The notes under the pieces were generated by a model, which was not told the DNA's origin, did no database searches, and saw nothing but the letters and a program-made list of their open reading frames with translations. The position numbers and the translations under genes were made by a program. A stretch of 64,000 bases of DNA from the human T2T-CHM13v2.0 reference genome, Homo sapiens. The stretch is from the NCBI RefSeq assembly GCF_009914755.1, contig NC_060925.1. One strand, 5' to 3'. Positions 41,281-56,660 of this stretch are shown one piece after another; the stretch's first letter is position 1, and the number at the start of each line of letters is the position of its first letter.

Positions 41281-44200
41281 ATGAATTTTGGAGATATTGC
41301 TGCATCCTAGCATATGTTTTAATTCTTGAGGTCTTTCTTTGAATATATGACTTGACTGTTTATGGCTATTTGCCTCTATTATTGCGTGTTTGCAAAATGA
41401 GTGAAAACAGATTTTAAAATAAAAATAAATTATTGACTCATGCCAAATATGTATTTGGTATTGACAAAGAAACACATTAAGAGCTAATTTCTTTTAATTG
41501 AATGTTTATTCCCTAGTTGGCACGAATCCATCTACTAATAGGTTCAATAATTATGTGAATGCATGTGTTAAATTTACATGAATAGCTCTATTGTTGGGAA
41601 AAAAATTAACCAAATGTCCACAACACTGCCTTATCTGATACTTTACAGTAATTCTGAAGGAGAATCAGTAGAGACACTGAAACAATGAAATATCTGAATA
41701 TTAACAATATGATTTTGGATCAAATGCATTTCAGAATCTGAATGAATGAAGAATATGAACAAGGTAAGAAGTCCTTTTTAGGTTTTGGGCAAAATGGAAG
41801 TTCCGAAAAAAGACAAAAATATACAAGAAAATTTATTTGGGAAGTGCATATGTAACTCAAGAGTTGACAAGTCATCTAATAGTTTATCTTTTTTTTTTCT
41901 TCTTTTTTTGTTGCCTGAACCAGATGGCCCCTCCTTAATTAAAATGAGTGCATGGTTCCAAAGCGTTCATTGCAGTCTCCCCACGGCCCAGTCGTACCAC
42001 AAATGATTCTCACTTCTGGGAAAATATATTGTCTTCCTACATAACAAGAACCTTTGAAGCAACCTTCCTTGCAACTCAGTCTCCTTCTTTTTCTTAGTCT
42101 AATTATCTTTCAAAAATAATCAGAATTGTAATTTAAATATTACTGTACATAATTAACCACACTGGTTGACAGAGAATGAGAAATTGTGGCTCCAGGCAAG
42201 CATCAAAATTAATATATACAACTGGGAATACATCTTGTCATGAAGGAATGTCATCTGTCTAGTATGCAGAGAGAAGCTGAGCTGAGCAGTCCGGGCCCTC
42301 CTCTGACCGGACCACTATCTTGGGTAAGGTTCATGAAATCCCATGCACAGTCTGCCCAGTCCTACTCTTTCTGATGCTTTGTTTTCTGTTTTTCTTGGTG
42401 AAATTTGTCTGAAACTCCCCAATGACCACCTCTTTCATCTTCTTAGAAGTCTCTGGCTTCTTTTAGATGTCAGCATTTGTAGGTAATTTTTTGCTCTTAC
42501 TGTTTCTATTTTAGCTTTATGGCCAGTTGTGAAGGGTTCTCAGGTCTGGCTCTTTCCCAGGCATATTGTAGAAAGGTGACTTTGCTGTGAACCCTATATT
42601 TTAATGCACTGGGGAGGATGTAAAGGCAAATAAGCTGTAATTAAATCTTTGTGTGCCACAGGGCCAAGTATCATCTGAAGGCTGCTGAGTAGTGAGACTG
42701 AGCTAAAACGCTGGTTCTTACAAAAGAAACAGGCACCCCATGCATGGCAAGTAGGTTCTTTCTGGTTTTCACCAAAAATTGGGCTTATCAAGATTTCTGA
42801 GATATTGTTGTCTTTCAATACCTTTCAGCTAAAGGACCGTGTTGGGCCGTGTAGAAATGATGGATGTCAAAATGATGCCTCTCAATTAGGAATTACCAGG
42901 ATTTGCCTTCTGAAATTAATTTTAAAGGAAAATATATCACTTTCTTTATTTTTTAAGAATGCAAAAAGCAACCCTAGGCTGTAGCCCAGATTTCCATAAG
43001 AAGCAAAAGGAATCAACCGAAGTATTAGTTGAAGAAAGGAGGATAATAAGACAAGGAAAGAAATGAGAATTAGTGATGATTTCACAATCAAGTAGAGTCT
43101 TTTGGTTGCCCTCATTGTTAACTTCGTGAACTTTATAATAACATTTTGCCCATGTTTGCATCTTCCCTGCTGGTACAGCATGCTTACTCTTGTGGTCTCT
43201 ATTCTTTTTGGTGGTGGTTGTTATTTTGTAATTCCCTTGTGTTGGTTTTTTTCCTTCAGAAGAGGCGTAATGTAATGGATCCATTCACCAAATTTTTTAA
43301 TTTGGTCCATTGCTTCTACCATGAAGGGAAAGCTGAATGCTGACATTTTTCATCGAAATCCTGTGCACCTTTACTGAAAGCGAAAGGAACATAATGGCTC
43401 TGGCAGCTATTTCCTAATAAGGTCTTTCCCTTAATGGCCTTAGAAAGTAAATTAGAAAACATGGCTGCAGATTGTGTTTCTTGATCGGATGCATTTTTCT
43501 TGCCCAAAGGATGTAGATGCTAGGCAGCATTGCCTCAGTTAGATGCCATCTTCTTCCTCAGAAATGGAAACTTTTATGTAGCTTTCACTTTAAACTGCAC
43601 AGGAATGTGGATGACTGCATCTAACTGTAAGCAAGTCTGATAATAAGCTGAGCTGATGATGGAAACAACCATTTGTTACGTTTGCCTTTGATTGTAAATA
43701 GCATTAAATGTCTCTTTTCTTCCAATGTTTTCTCAAAATTAAGATGTATTTGTTTAGAACTCAAAAAACATTTATCTTTCTTTTTTTAAAACAGAAGCAG
43801 CTATAATAGATGACTGTTTTTCCAGTATTTAGAAACCAATTTTACAGATAATTAAATTACTCTAACAAGATTAATCAACTTTTAATATGAAACTGCAATG
43901 TTGATTTCATTGTATATGTATTTTATGCTACTCTCATATATGCCAATTAGAAGTTTATGTATATTAAAATACCTATACCCACTTGCACCCATGGCTATTA
44001 AACAATTAACCCACTTTTCATGGGTAATCAACCCACAATAATTTGGTTTGGGTGTTCATTACCCAGATTAATTCAAATAAAAAAGACACAGTGAGGCAGA
44101 AATTGGATAAGTGGATACTATCTAATCCCAACTGTCTTAATTTTCCATAGGGAAGTCTGAATTGGATTTTGACAAAATACCTCTCTTCATCACAACTCCT

Positions 44201-44842
44201 CCAATCAAATACAGTGTGATTTTTTTCTATTTCTTAAATTATTCTTCCATGAGTTGTATGTAGTTAATAGTCTTCAAAATTCTGAAGAACTAAGTTATAA
44301 AAATCTCCAACTCCTCCACACCCAAACCCTACTCAATTAAAATTTATTTTATTTACATATATTCATATACATAATATACAAAACAGTAAACACAAGAGAG
44401 ATAGTGAAGCCTTCTTAAAGGTATAATGAATTGACTTTAAATTTTTAGCAAAAAAAAATTATAAAATCTAGCAATGATGCTCAGTTCTTCTGATTTTTTT
44501 TTTTCCTTTTATATCCCCCAGCTGCTGTCAGTTAATCAAGGGCCAAAAAAACTCAAAGAACAATATGTGTCACCTCAGGGTATTTGATTTCTTTCATAAT
44601 TTAACTCCTGCTTAAAAGGCTAAGACATATGTATCTTTATATGATAATCAGTACCTGGGAAGATTAGGATTTTTTATATAAATGGATCTATTCACATATA
44701 AAAATATAATTGAAAATAACGCAAATATTCAAACTAAGGGAATTTAAAATAAATTTTGCTGTGCCCATGCAGTATGCATACTTATTTAAAGTGATGTTTT
44801 TGAAAACTGTTTAATGACATGGACAATGCTTATGTGTTCCTT

Positions 44843-44990
44843 CAGTGATTCTTAACCCTCGCTACACTTTACAGTCAGCTAGGGTGCACATAGAAGAATA
44901 AATATGAGTAGCGCCACCTCCAGGCATTCTGATTTAATTGGTCTTGACTGGGATCTGAGGTTAAGTGTATTTTAAAATCACAGAGGATTA
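44843..44990. mobile_element. MER5-type hAT-Charlie element
   Basis: cagtgattcttaaccct...attctgatttaattggtct...tattttaaaa. Confidence 0.65.
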
Positions 44991-45807
44991 TTATTTTCCA
45001 TTAAAATCATGATGCCAACTTGTAAATACAGTATACACTATTTTTAAAATACTACAAATGTTCTTGTAGGCAAGAAGGAGATCTAGAAATAAATGTTTTC
45101 AAATAATGTGTTGTTGAACTTAGGTAATGCAATTTTGAATAATAATTATTTTTGATTTGGATATATTTTCACACTGGGTATGTGTTTGTTGAGCTTAAAT
45201 TTATTTAAAATGAAATTAAAGGCAAATAGTATTCCAATGTATATTTGAAAAAGGAATATCTTAGAGATATATACTTGGACAAATTCATCAGAAATATACT
45301 GGCATAAAGATTTATTAGTTGATATAATCTTCTTTCTGCACATCCACATACACAAGCACCCAGTCTCTTGTGTTTAGACCATTCATTCACACATCAAAGT
45401 ATGATGTTACTCTTTGAAGGACTGAGTCATACCCTTTCACATATATCTTTGTCAGAACATAGGAAGCCACATAAGTGAGCATTATATGTAGAAAAACACT
45501 GGTGGTTAAGCACATAGATGGTTTTCAATCCTAGCTGTTCTACCTGGAGTGAGCGTTACATTCTAAGACACAGAAAACAACCCAAGAAGAAAGCTTCAGA
45601 GAAATATTAGGAGAGTTTAAGGATAGCACTCAAGTCAAATCTTTTTTCTCCCATTTTAAGTTAAAGACACTTATAAAGAATTTTCTTTAAGAGTAATGTA
45701 ATGCAGATGCATAAATATTTTGTGCATAGCATGAATATTATGTTCTGTAACCACAATTAAGTCTTCTGGGTTTTATTCAGTAATTTAAAAAATAAAGCCA
45801 TTTTTGT

Positions 45808-46342
45808 TGTGGCGGTGATTAGTTTTATGTGTCAACTTGACTGGGCCATGGGGTGCCCAGACATTTGGTCAAACATCATTCTGAATGTATCTGTGAAGGT
45901 GCAGATTAAAAGTTGACTCTATGGACTGAGTAATGCAGATTGTCCTCACTGATGTGGATGAGCCCCATTCAATCAAGTGAAAACCTGAATCGAACAAAAA
46001 GCCTGAGTAGGAGGGAACTCCTCCTGCCTGATTACTTTGAGTTGGAACATAGGTCTTCTGATTTAAACTGAAACAATTCTTCTTGGGTCTCAAGTCTTTC
46101 AGCTTCCAAACCAATTTATACTATCAGCTCTTCTGGTTCTGAAACCTTTGGTCTCAGACTAGAACTACATATTAGCTCTTCCGTGTCTCCAGTTTGCTGA
46201 ATGAAAATCTTGGGGGTTCTCAGCCTCTGTAATTGTGTGAGCTAATTCCCTATTACACACACACATACACACACACATACCCTATTGCCCTATTGGACTG
46301 TTTCTGCAGAGGACTATAAACTAATGTCTAATGATTAATACA
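45808..46342 (+). mobile_element. MLT2 (C/D-like, ERVL) solo LTR
   Basis: ttttatgtgtcaacttgactgggccatggggtgcccagacatttggtcaaacat...(CA)n...cctattgg...taataca. Confidence 0.9.
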
Positions 46343-46879
46343 ATTAGTATAGTCATGAAAAAATATTTACTATGCAAATAAATAGTAAAATAGTGTGACT
46401 GGATTTTAGTTAATCTATGAGTTGAATATTACTCATCTTAGGCAACTTGAAAGAGACTGTTTCAAATATTAAAGCCTTACACAATTTTTACTTCTACTGA
46501 ATTGCTTCATATGATGCAAAATTTTAGTTTCATATGTAGACCATGATTGTTTAGTAAATCCTTTAAAAAAAAAGAACACTGGAATTTCTAATGGCTTTCA
46601 TTTTTTTTCTGTGTTTATATAAGGACCACAAGTCTTCCCCAAAGCCTCAAGAATATTCACCTCTAATTGAAAATCTACTTATTTCCTGAAGACATTCTTC
46701 CCAGAGTCCCTTGGCTGTATGTTTTCTATACAAAAGAATTGATTTCCAGTTTTAGTGCATAGCTACTATTCTCATGCCTCAATTTCATAGCATTCCTGAA
46801 CTAGATCCACTGATCCTGGACTCAGTATCTCCAGATTTTGGATATTCTTACAATATTGATTCTACATATTCTCCAAGAA

Positions 46880-48500
<1,621 letters not shown>

Positions 48501-48959
48501 GAATCCTCTCCTTCATCTCCTTCCCCTACCTTTTAGGGATCAGAGTCTCATCTAATTTTTCCCAAGTGTTATACTTAACACACAACTGTAGCTCTTAGTG
48601 TCCATTTTCACCCAGGGGTACCACAACTTCCATGTTCATTTAAAACTCTGGCTTCAGAATTCTGCTTTTTTTTTTTAGTCCCCAAGAAATTAATTTTCTT
48701 ATTTTGACATCAGCACATTTAAAGAAAGCTTGTTATAATTTACTAAGGGTTTTGGAAATGGAAGGTTTTTCAAATGATCTGTCTCCTATAATGGTACCTT
48801 ATGGAATCATTAATACTCTTTCTACACATGAGTGGCCTTAGAATAACTGTTCATTCTTCTCTAGAAAGCACAGCACTTTATGTACTTGAACGTAGCAACT
48901 GAGATTGAACCCTTTATATCTTTGTGTGTGTGTGTTAGGCATCCTCCTGACCTGTTCAA

Positions 48960-49330
48960 AATTTCCCATTTGACATCATTTCAAGTCCACTTAACATACT
49001 GAACTATTACCTCTGAACGCATTTCAGTTGGCTCTGTCTATATTTCAATAACTGAGAAACACACTATAGGTAGGTCCTGACAAGAACAAAGCAGAGTATC
49101 ATGGTCACCTCCCTCAATCTCTTTCATTAATATAGCTTAGGAGTAAGTTTACTTTTTCATGCGCAGTAACATAACATTTCTCTTGTGTTTGTGGTCTCTT
49201 AAACCCTTATGTCTTAGATCGTTGCTAATCCACACTTTCCCTTTTCATACTTGTAGAATTGTTTTTACTAAACAGAATGCCATCACTTGATATTTGTCCT
49301 TATTAATCTTCATTTTATTGGTTAAAGTCA
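48960..49330 (-). mobile_element. L3/CR1 fragment
   Basis: gcagagta...tcacctccct...ttaatatagcttag...tgtggtc...catacttgtag...tttgtccttattaatcttcatttt. Confidence 0.55.
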
Positions 49331-49507
49331 CTGTATTAGGAGTCTAGTTTGAACTTATTTGTTATCTTTCCTAGCTTTAAAGTATTAGCAGTTATTCGAT
49401 ATTTTATATTCTTCCATGTATTTTCTTCAAATTTCATGAATATATTTCAACATTTAATTTTTTATTCCAAATTTCAATTTCCCACCACCAAAGATGTTTC
49501 CTAAACC

Positions 49508-49562
49508 TGTGAGTATGTGTGTGTGTGTGTGTGTGTAAGTGCGTGTATGTGTGTATGTGTGA
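49508..49562. repeat. (TG)n microsatellite
   Basis: Direct observation. Confidence 0.95.
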
Positions 49563-49989
49563 GCTGTCCTAGCAATAGATTATTAAAGATGAAATATTAC
49601 ATCAAGGTGAAGATTACGGACTCAGGATAGAAACGTAAAAGAAATAAGATACACATGTAAATGTAAGAAACACAGGCTGGATTAAAATGTAAATTTGCTT
49701 TAAATTGTATGACTCCCTACAAGCATGTGCTGGGTTGTCTGGTTAAAAATTAATTTAATTATTTCTAACATACATTTAAGTGTCTTTTAAAAATATGACA
49801 CACACTGAGGATAGAAGTTGCAGAAAATTGGCTTCATCTCTACCAATCTTTGTCAAACATTCTTTTCTCTCATTACTGCAATTAATTCGGTCAATAATTT
49901 TAACTTATGAATTACAAAAGAAAATTTAAACCAAAACATAATTTTCTTTAACTGAATACATTAAAATAACAAGACGAAGGAATCTTATT

Positions 49990-52210
49990 TATTCCCCAAT
50001 TGCATTGGTATTTACTGAGAACCTTCTCCATTGCTGTTACTATTCTAAGTAGTGGAGATGCAGCATTTAAAATCCGTGTCCTTGTAGAGCTTATGAGAAG
50101 CCAGGTAATAAACAGTCACATACTGAATAATTAATGAAAATATATAGTATGTCAGCTTGGAGGAAATACCATGATAAAAGAAGGATGGGATGGTGAAATG
50201 GTGATATTTTGGGAATAGAGGGCTTGTAATTTTAAATTGATTGTTTAGGAAAAGCTTCACTGGAAACAAAATGGCATTTGAGCAAAGACAATGTAGCTGA
50301 GAGAGTGGGTATGCTTAAATGTGGAGAAACACAAGTTCAAAAGCTTTAAGGCATGAGAATATATGGAGTATTCCAAGGTATCTGGAATGGAGTAGGCAAA
50401 GAGGAGATTGTTATAATATTATATGAGGTTGAAATGGCAGGGATGAAATATGGCTAGATTCTCATTGCATTTTGAAGGGAAAACAAACAGGATTTATCAT
50501 CAGATTGGATTACCCATGTGAATGAAAGAGGAATCAATGATGAAAATGAAATTTTTGACCTAAGTACCTGTAATTATAAAGTGGCCATTCAACTGGATGG
50601 GAAAAGTTGTAAGATATTTATGTTTGTTGGTGGAAGATCAGGAGTTTATATTAGAAATGCTGATTTTGGCATGTCTATTAGACATCAAGTAGAGATACTA
50701 GATGAATAGTTGGATATCTGAGTGGGGAGTTCAGGTGACCTATGTTGTCTATTGCTGCATAACAAACTACCCCAATTTAGTGGCTTCCAATAATAATTTG
50801 TTACTACTTCTCACAATTCTGTACATTGTCTGTGCTCAGCTTAGTGTTTCTTGTTTTGAGTATCTCGTAGCTGCAGTTAAATGAAGACAGAGACTGGAGT
50901 CATTTGAAGGCTTGACTAGACAGGTGAAGGACCCATTCACATGGTGTGCAGTCCATGCTAGCTGTAAGCTAGGATTCAGCCAGGGCTATTTATAGAGCAT
51001 CTACACGTGATCTTTCCTTGTGGCTTTGGCTTGCATGGAGGCTGGGTTCCAAGAAAGAGATCCCAGGAGCAAGGGATTGGTCCAAATGCAAGCTATAAGG
51101 CTTCTTATAGCCTAACTTCGGAAGTTACACAGCCTCACATCTGCTGTATTCTACTTGTTGAGAGTAATTTCCAGGGTGGGCCGAGATTCATGGGGAGAGA
51201 GTTATGCAAGAATGAGAATATCAGTAGAAGTGGCTCAGGAAAGGCCAGTTTTAAAAGTTAGCTACTACAACATGATATACAGATTGAGTGTCATAAGGCA
51301 TATGGATGGCATTCATTCATAAGACACGATGAAATCAATAAGGCTGTAATACAGAGAAAAGAATAGGACTCTCAGTGGAGGGAGCCCTGAAACACTTTAA
51401 GATTTATGGGTTGAGGAAGAAGAAGAAACAAGTAAAGAAGATGAGAAAGAAAGGCCAAAGAGATAGGAGAGGAAAAAAAAACAAACAAACAGGAGAGTGT
51501 AGTGCCTGGATGCCAAAGCCACAAGGAGGATGTTACCAATTATGGCAAATGTTGCTGACAGTGCAAGAAGTTGTCAGATAAGACTTGGCCACCCCAGCAT
51601 GAAAGCCATCAGTATAGCTTCAGTGGAGTCATGAGGAAGAAAGCTTATTGGGATGTTTTCATGAGCCACTTTGATGAGAAGAGCTAGAGGTAGTCAGTCT
51701 AGATCGCTTTTTAAAAAATGTTTATATTACAAGGCAGAAGCAAAGGGAAGTATTTGGTTGAGGGGATCAGGAAGTTGAAATATGAGTTTTTCCTTATAAG
51801 GGTATGTTTATACGCTAACAGAAATTATACAATGCAGAGAGAAAAATTGAGAATCTAAACAGGTTAAGCAGAATTGTTGGTTCTTTGTCCTTAAGTAGAT
51901 GAGAGGACACTCATGGAAGGATGACCTTAGATTTGCAGTGTGAAAAGTTCACACAAAATAACAGGAAGGAAGACAGGAAATATGGACCTTGATGGAGATT
52001 GGAGGATAACTGAAGTGGTAGGAGATTTCGGAATTATCTTCTGTTTGCTGGTGTTTTCTCAGTGAAATTGTAAACCAGATCATCACCAGAGAAACAGAAT
52101 GTGGAATGAAGTGCAGGAGTTTGAGGGCAAGAAGAAATGTGAAATAGTTATTAGAGAGTGAGGGAGACAGTGTGATGACAGTGGACTTGGGACATGTAAG
52201 ATTATAAGGC
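49990..52210 (-). mobile_element. L2 LINE, long antisense fragment interrupted by MLT1
   Basis: tatttactgaga...ggcatttgagcaaagac...tgaaagaggaatcaatgatga...atgtctattagacatcaagtagagat...gttgctgacag. Confidence 0.75.
50738..51269 (-). mobile_element. MLT1 (F/G/H-like) MaLR solo LTR
   Basis: tctattgctgcataacaaactaccccaatttagtggctt...ctggagtcatttgaaggcttgact...ggaagttacacagcctcac...ctactaca. Confidence 0.8.
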
Positions 52211-52677
52211 AATAGTAAGAATAGGCCTGTAATATAATTTATAGAGACAGATATTTTATAGTTTTATAGAGCAATAGATAGAGATAGTAATGTTGGTGGG
52301 GGAAAGAGAGAAAACCTGTCACCACATTCAGTGGGGGTAACATTTTCTTTTTAAGCCGTAAAAAAATATATACGGGCAAAATTTTAGTCTCATATCAGAG
52401 CAGAGAAAATTATGTGCACTACAAGAATTGGTTGGAATATCCTTTCTAAAGAATCAAAAATACAGTTGTAGAGTTTTATTACTTTTACAACCTATATTCT
52501 TAAAAGCCCTCAAAAGAGGATTTGGAAAAGGAATAGTTGAAAATATATTGAAAAAAAAGTTATTATGGTTAAAACCTTCAGCTTTTGCTTAAAACTATGA
52601 AATCACAGGCCCATGAATGAGTTGCTTTCTCTATATTTAATGACATACATAAGTAAGGACAATTGCTTCAGAAGTAC

Positions 52678-53075
52678 TGTGCTAGGCTATTCTTGCACTG
52701 CTATAAATAAATACTTGAGATGGCATAATGTATAAAGAGGGTTAACTGGCTCGTGGTTCTGCAGGCTATATAGGAAGCATAGCAGCTTCTGCTTCTGGGG
52801 AGGCCTCAGGAAGCTTTCAACCACGGCAGAAGGCAAAGGGACAGTGAAGCATCTAACATGGTGGGAGCAACAAGGGAGGTGGTGCTACACAGTTTTAACC
52901 AAATATCGTGATAACGAACTCACTATCGCAACAACAGTACCAAGGGGGATGGTGCTAAACCATTCTAGAGAAACTGCCCCCGTGATCCAATCATCTCCTA
53001 CCGGGCCCCACCTCCAACATTAAGAATTACAATTTGACATGAGATTTGTTAGGGACACATATGTATACCATATTA
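52678..53075 (-). mobile_element. MSTA-type MaLR solo LTR
   Basis: ttcttgcactgctataaa...ggggaggcctcaggaagctt...gatccaatcatctcc...ccccacctccaaca...gagatttg. Confidence 0.9.
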
Positions 53076-53393
53076 GACACATACTTATATAGAGAGATAA
53101 ACTAGTTTAAAATTATAGAATAAAATATACTAGGTATCTTACTTCAAACGATGATAAAAAATAGTAAAAGCTTTTCAAAGCATGGAAACATGACAGTATG
53201 AGAACATTGAATAAACACCAATAGCCATAGCAATCCCGCAAATGGGTTTAGTTTTTGTAGGTTTTTTTGTCTGAAATTTTAGTGTCTATTTCAATTTTTT
53301 GGAAAGAAATGATTTTTACAGGTAGCTTAACCTTTACATTAAATACAATATTTTTTTCGTGTAGAAGATTTAGACAATTTCTGAATATGTTTA

Positions 53394-53510
53394 ATGCATT
53401 CATTCAAAAACTTATTACTAAGAGCCTATTTGTTCTAGGCACTGTGCTAGATGCCAGATATTCATGAGAAATAAAAGCAGGCTTGATTTCTCCTCTTATG
53501 AAGCTCATAA
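53394..53510 (-). mobile_element. L2 3' end
   Basis: cattcattcaaaaac...gagcctatttgttctaggcactgtgctagatgc. Confidence 0.75.
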
Positions 53511-53631
53511 ACAAAAGCACACAAAAGAGCATGAAAAATTATGTTTGCTCGCATTACTCAAGGATTAGTCAAAACAAAGAATTTGGTGTGTTTCAATGGG
53601 ATAGACCTGCTCACTGGTCTGATAACATGAC

Positions 53632-55034
53632 TCCAGCACCTGTTAATTTCTGATTTTTTTTTTTTAATTATAGCCTTTCTAGTAGATGTGTGATATCTCA
53701 TTGTGGTTATGACTTGTATTTCCCTAATGACAATCATACTGAGTATTTTTAATATTCTTATTGGCCATTTTTATGCTTCTCTGGAGAAATGTCTATTCAG
53801 CGCTTTTGCCCAATTTTAAGTTGAATTGTTTGCCTTTTTGTTGTTGAGTTGTGAGAATTCTTTATATATTCTAAATGTAAACCCTTATCTGATGTACAAT
53901 TTTAAAATATTTTTTCTATTCTGTGGATTGTTTTCTCACCTTTTTGATAATGTTCTTTCATATGCCAATGTTTTTAATTTTGATGAAGTTCAGTCTATTT
54001 TTTCCTTTTGTTGCTCATGTCTTTGTTGTCATATTGAAGAATTCATTGCCAAATTCAAGGTCATGAAGATTACTCCAACGTTTTCTTCTAAGAGTTTTAT
54101 GGCTTAATTCTTAGGTTTAGGTCACTGACCTATTTGAATTAATGTTTTATAGAGCCCAAGATAAGGTTCCACTTCATTCTTTTGTGTATGGAAATCCAGT
54201 CATCTCACACCAGCTGTTGAAGAGATTATTTTTTCCCCATTGAGTGAAAAACAAAATCCATTGTCTATAGATATATAGGTTTATTTTGGACTCTCAATTT
54301 TTTTTGGTTCATATGTCTATCATTATAGCAGTACTTCCCTATTTTAATTACCATACCTTTGTAGTAAGGTTTGAAATCAAGAAGCATAGGTCCTCCAATT
54401 TAGTTTTTCTTTTTCAAGATTGTTTTAGCTATTTGGAGCCCCTTGCCATTCTCTGTGAATTTGAAGATCAATTTTTCCATTTATGCAGAAAAACCTGCTA
54501 GAATTTGGAGGGAGATTGCATTGCCATTGTATATGGCTTTGGGTATTACTGCTATCTTAACAATATTAAGCCTTCTTCTTATCCATAAGCATAAGCTATG
54601 TTTCTATTTATTAATATTTAGGTGTCTTTTAATTTATTTCAGCAATATCATGTAGTTTTCAGCACATGAGCTTTTCCCTTTTTTGATAAATTATTTCTAG
54701 GTTTTTATTCTTTTAGGTGCTATTGTAAATGAAAGTGCTTTCTTAATTTTCTTTATGAATTAGTCATTGCTGGTGAGGAGAGACTAGTCATTATTGCATG
54801 CTGAACTTGTACTCTAAAACTTTGCTCAATTGATTTCATAGTTCTAGCAGCTTACTTGTGAATTATTTATAATTTTCTATATATAAGACATATATAAGGC
54901 CATATCACATGTGAATATAAATAGTTTTATTCTAGTTTATTTGCCTTTTATTGCTTTTTCTTATTCAGTTGCTCTGGCAAGAACTTCCAGTACAGCGTTG
55001 ATGAGCAGTGGTAAAAGTGAGTATCCTTGTCTTG
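53632..55034 (-). mobile_element. L1 (L1MA/MB-age) ORF2 3' portion
   Basis: tatctcattgtggtt...ggagaaatgtctattcag...ttttcttctaagagttttat...gaacttccagtac...gtatccttgtcttg. Confidence 0.9.
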
Positions 55035-55139
55035 CTAAACTGTGGATTATTAGGACATATTATTAACCTAGGAAAATTTTTAAAGTTTTCGTAAGTAAGG
55101 ACTGCGAGTATATATATGTGTGTGTGCATGTGTGTGTGT

Positions 55140-55514
55140 TTGTCTATAGTAAGCTAGCTGTCACAAATGACAATCCTCAAGCACTCTGTGGCTTTCTGTA
55201 ATAAAATGTGTCTTGTTTTGTTTTATTTCTGTTTTTTTTTTTCCTATAATGTTATAGGATGGAGAGGTTGATTGACCCTCTTTCAGCCTTAATCTCTGCC
55301 AACTTCGGCTTCAAAGGCTACAGAGGCAGGGGAAAAGAAAACTAGAAAATTTTGAGAGATGTTTTTACAGGTTATGACTGGATGATGTTGCATCAGTTTC
55401 ATCCACAGAACTGTCACATAGCCTCAATCCACCTGGAAGAGAGGCTGAAAAATGTAACTGCACTATGGATAATAATCACGGTATTGTAAACATGTAACAT
55501 TTTTTCCTGCCACA
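55140..55514 (-). mobile_element. Old MaLR LTR (MLT1J/K-like)
   Basis: gctagctgtcacaaa...ctgtggctt...gtcacatagcctc...gaggctgaaaaatgta...tgccaca. Confidence 0.45.
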
Positions 55515-55753
55515 ATACATATTAATACTATTCAGGTCCACACAATCACACAGATGTATTTTGCTGGCATACATACTGTTTATACTCTGCATGTTTTTTT
55601 TCTGCATTAATCTCTGGAAGGCAGCTTCTTTTCCTGTTAACCCTTCCCCAGTGAATATATTCTCACTCTAACCACAACAGACTACTCATTTTTCTCAACA
55701 TGAAGTTCTGTCACACATTTTACATAATCGTTTTTGCCATAAAAATTCCCTTT

Positions 55754-55986
55754 TTAAACTATTAGGTTCAGATGTACATGTGCAGGTTTGTTATAGGGGT
55801 AGACTCATGGGGGGTGGTTATATAGGTAAACTCGTGTCATAGGGGTTTGTTGTACAGATTATTTCATCACCCAGGTATTAAGCCTGGTACCCAGTAGTTA
55901 TTTTCCTGATCTTCTCCCTCTTCCCATCCTCCACCCTCCAGTAGGTCCCAGGGTCTGTTGTTTCTTTGTGCCCATGTGTTCTCATC
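55754..55986 (-). mobile_element. L1PA (older, ~PA13-like) 3' end
   Basis: ggttcagatgtacatgtgcaggtttgtta...tgttgtacagattatttcatcacccaggtattaagcct; flanked by aaaaat(t/g)cccttt. Confidence 0.9.
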
Positions 55987-56001
55987 AAAAATGCCCTTTC
56001 T

Positions 56002-56355
<354 letters not shown>

Positions 56356-56449
56356 TCAAAACTTAACTCTCATATCACATTTTCTGTACAATTTGCCTAG
56401 ACAACATAAATCACTCCCTTACATCTTCAGAGCACTTACACAACCATGA

Positions 56450-56660
56450 ATAATATGTACAACATTTACTGGGCACTTACCATGTGACAGGTACAATGCT
56501 GTATGTTTTACAGGCTCATCTGTGTAAATCCTCAAAATAACTACATAGAATAAGTAAAATTATAATTATTTTCTCCAGTGTGGAAACTGAGATTTAGAGA
56601 GATAAGGTAATTTATTTAAGGTAAAACCTGTCCAAAGTCCATGACCTTAACAATTATTCA
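56450..56660 (-). mobile_element. MIR (flanked by probable L2 pieces, ~56330-56790)
   Basis: aacatttactgggcacttaccatgtgacagg...aatcctcaaaataac...ggaaactgagatttagagagataaggtaattt. Confidence 0.75.

Noticed and set aside
41649-41763. Exon-like unit ending AAG|GTAAGA
   Set aside because: Weak pyrimidine tract, stops in all frames and no supporting neighbouring exon
42882-43343. Overlapping 99, 112 and 65 aa ORFs in unique DNA
   Set aside because: No recognisable domain, AT-biased composition and no convincing exon boundaries
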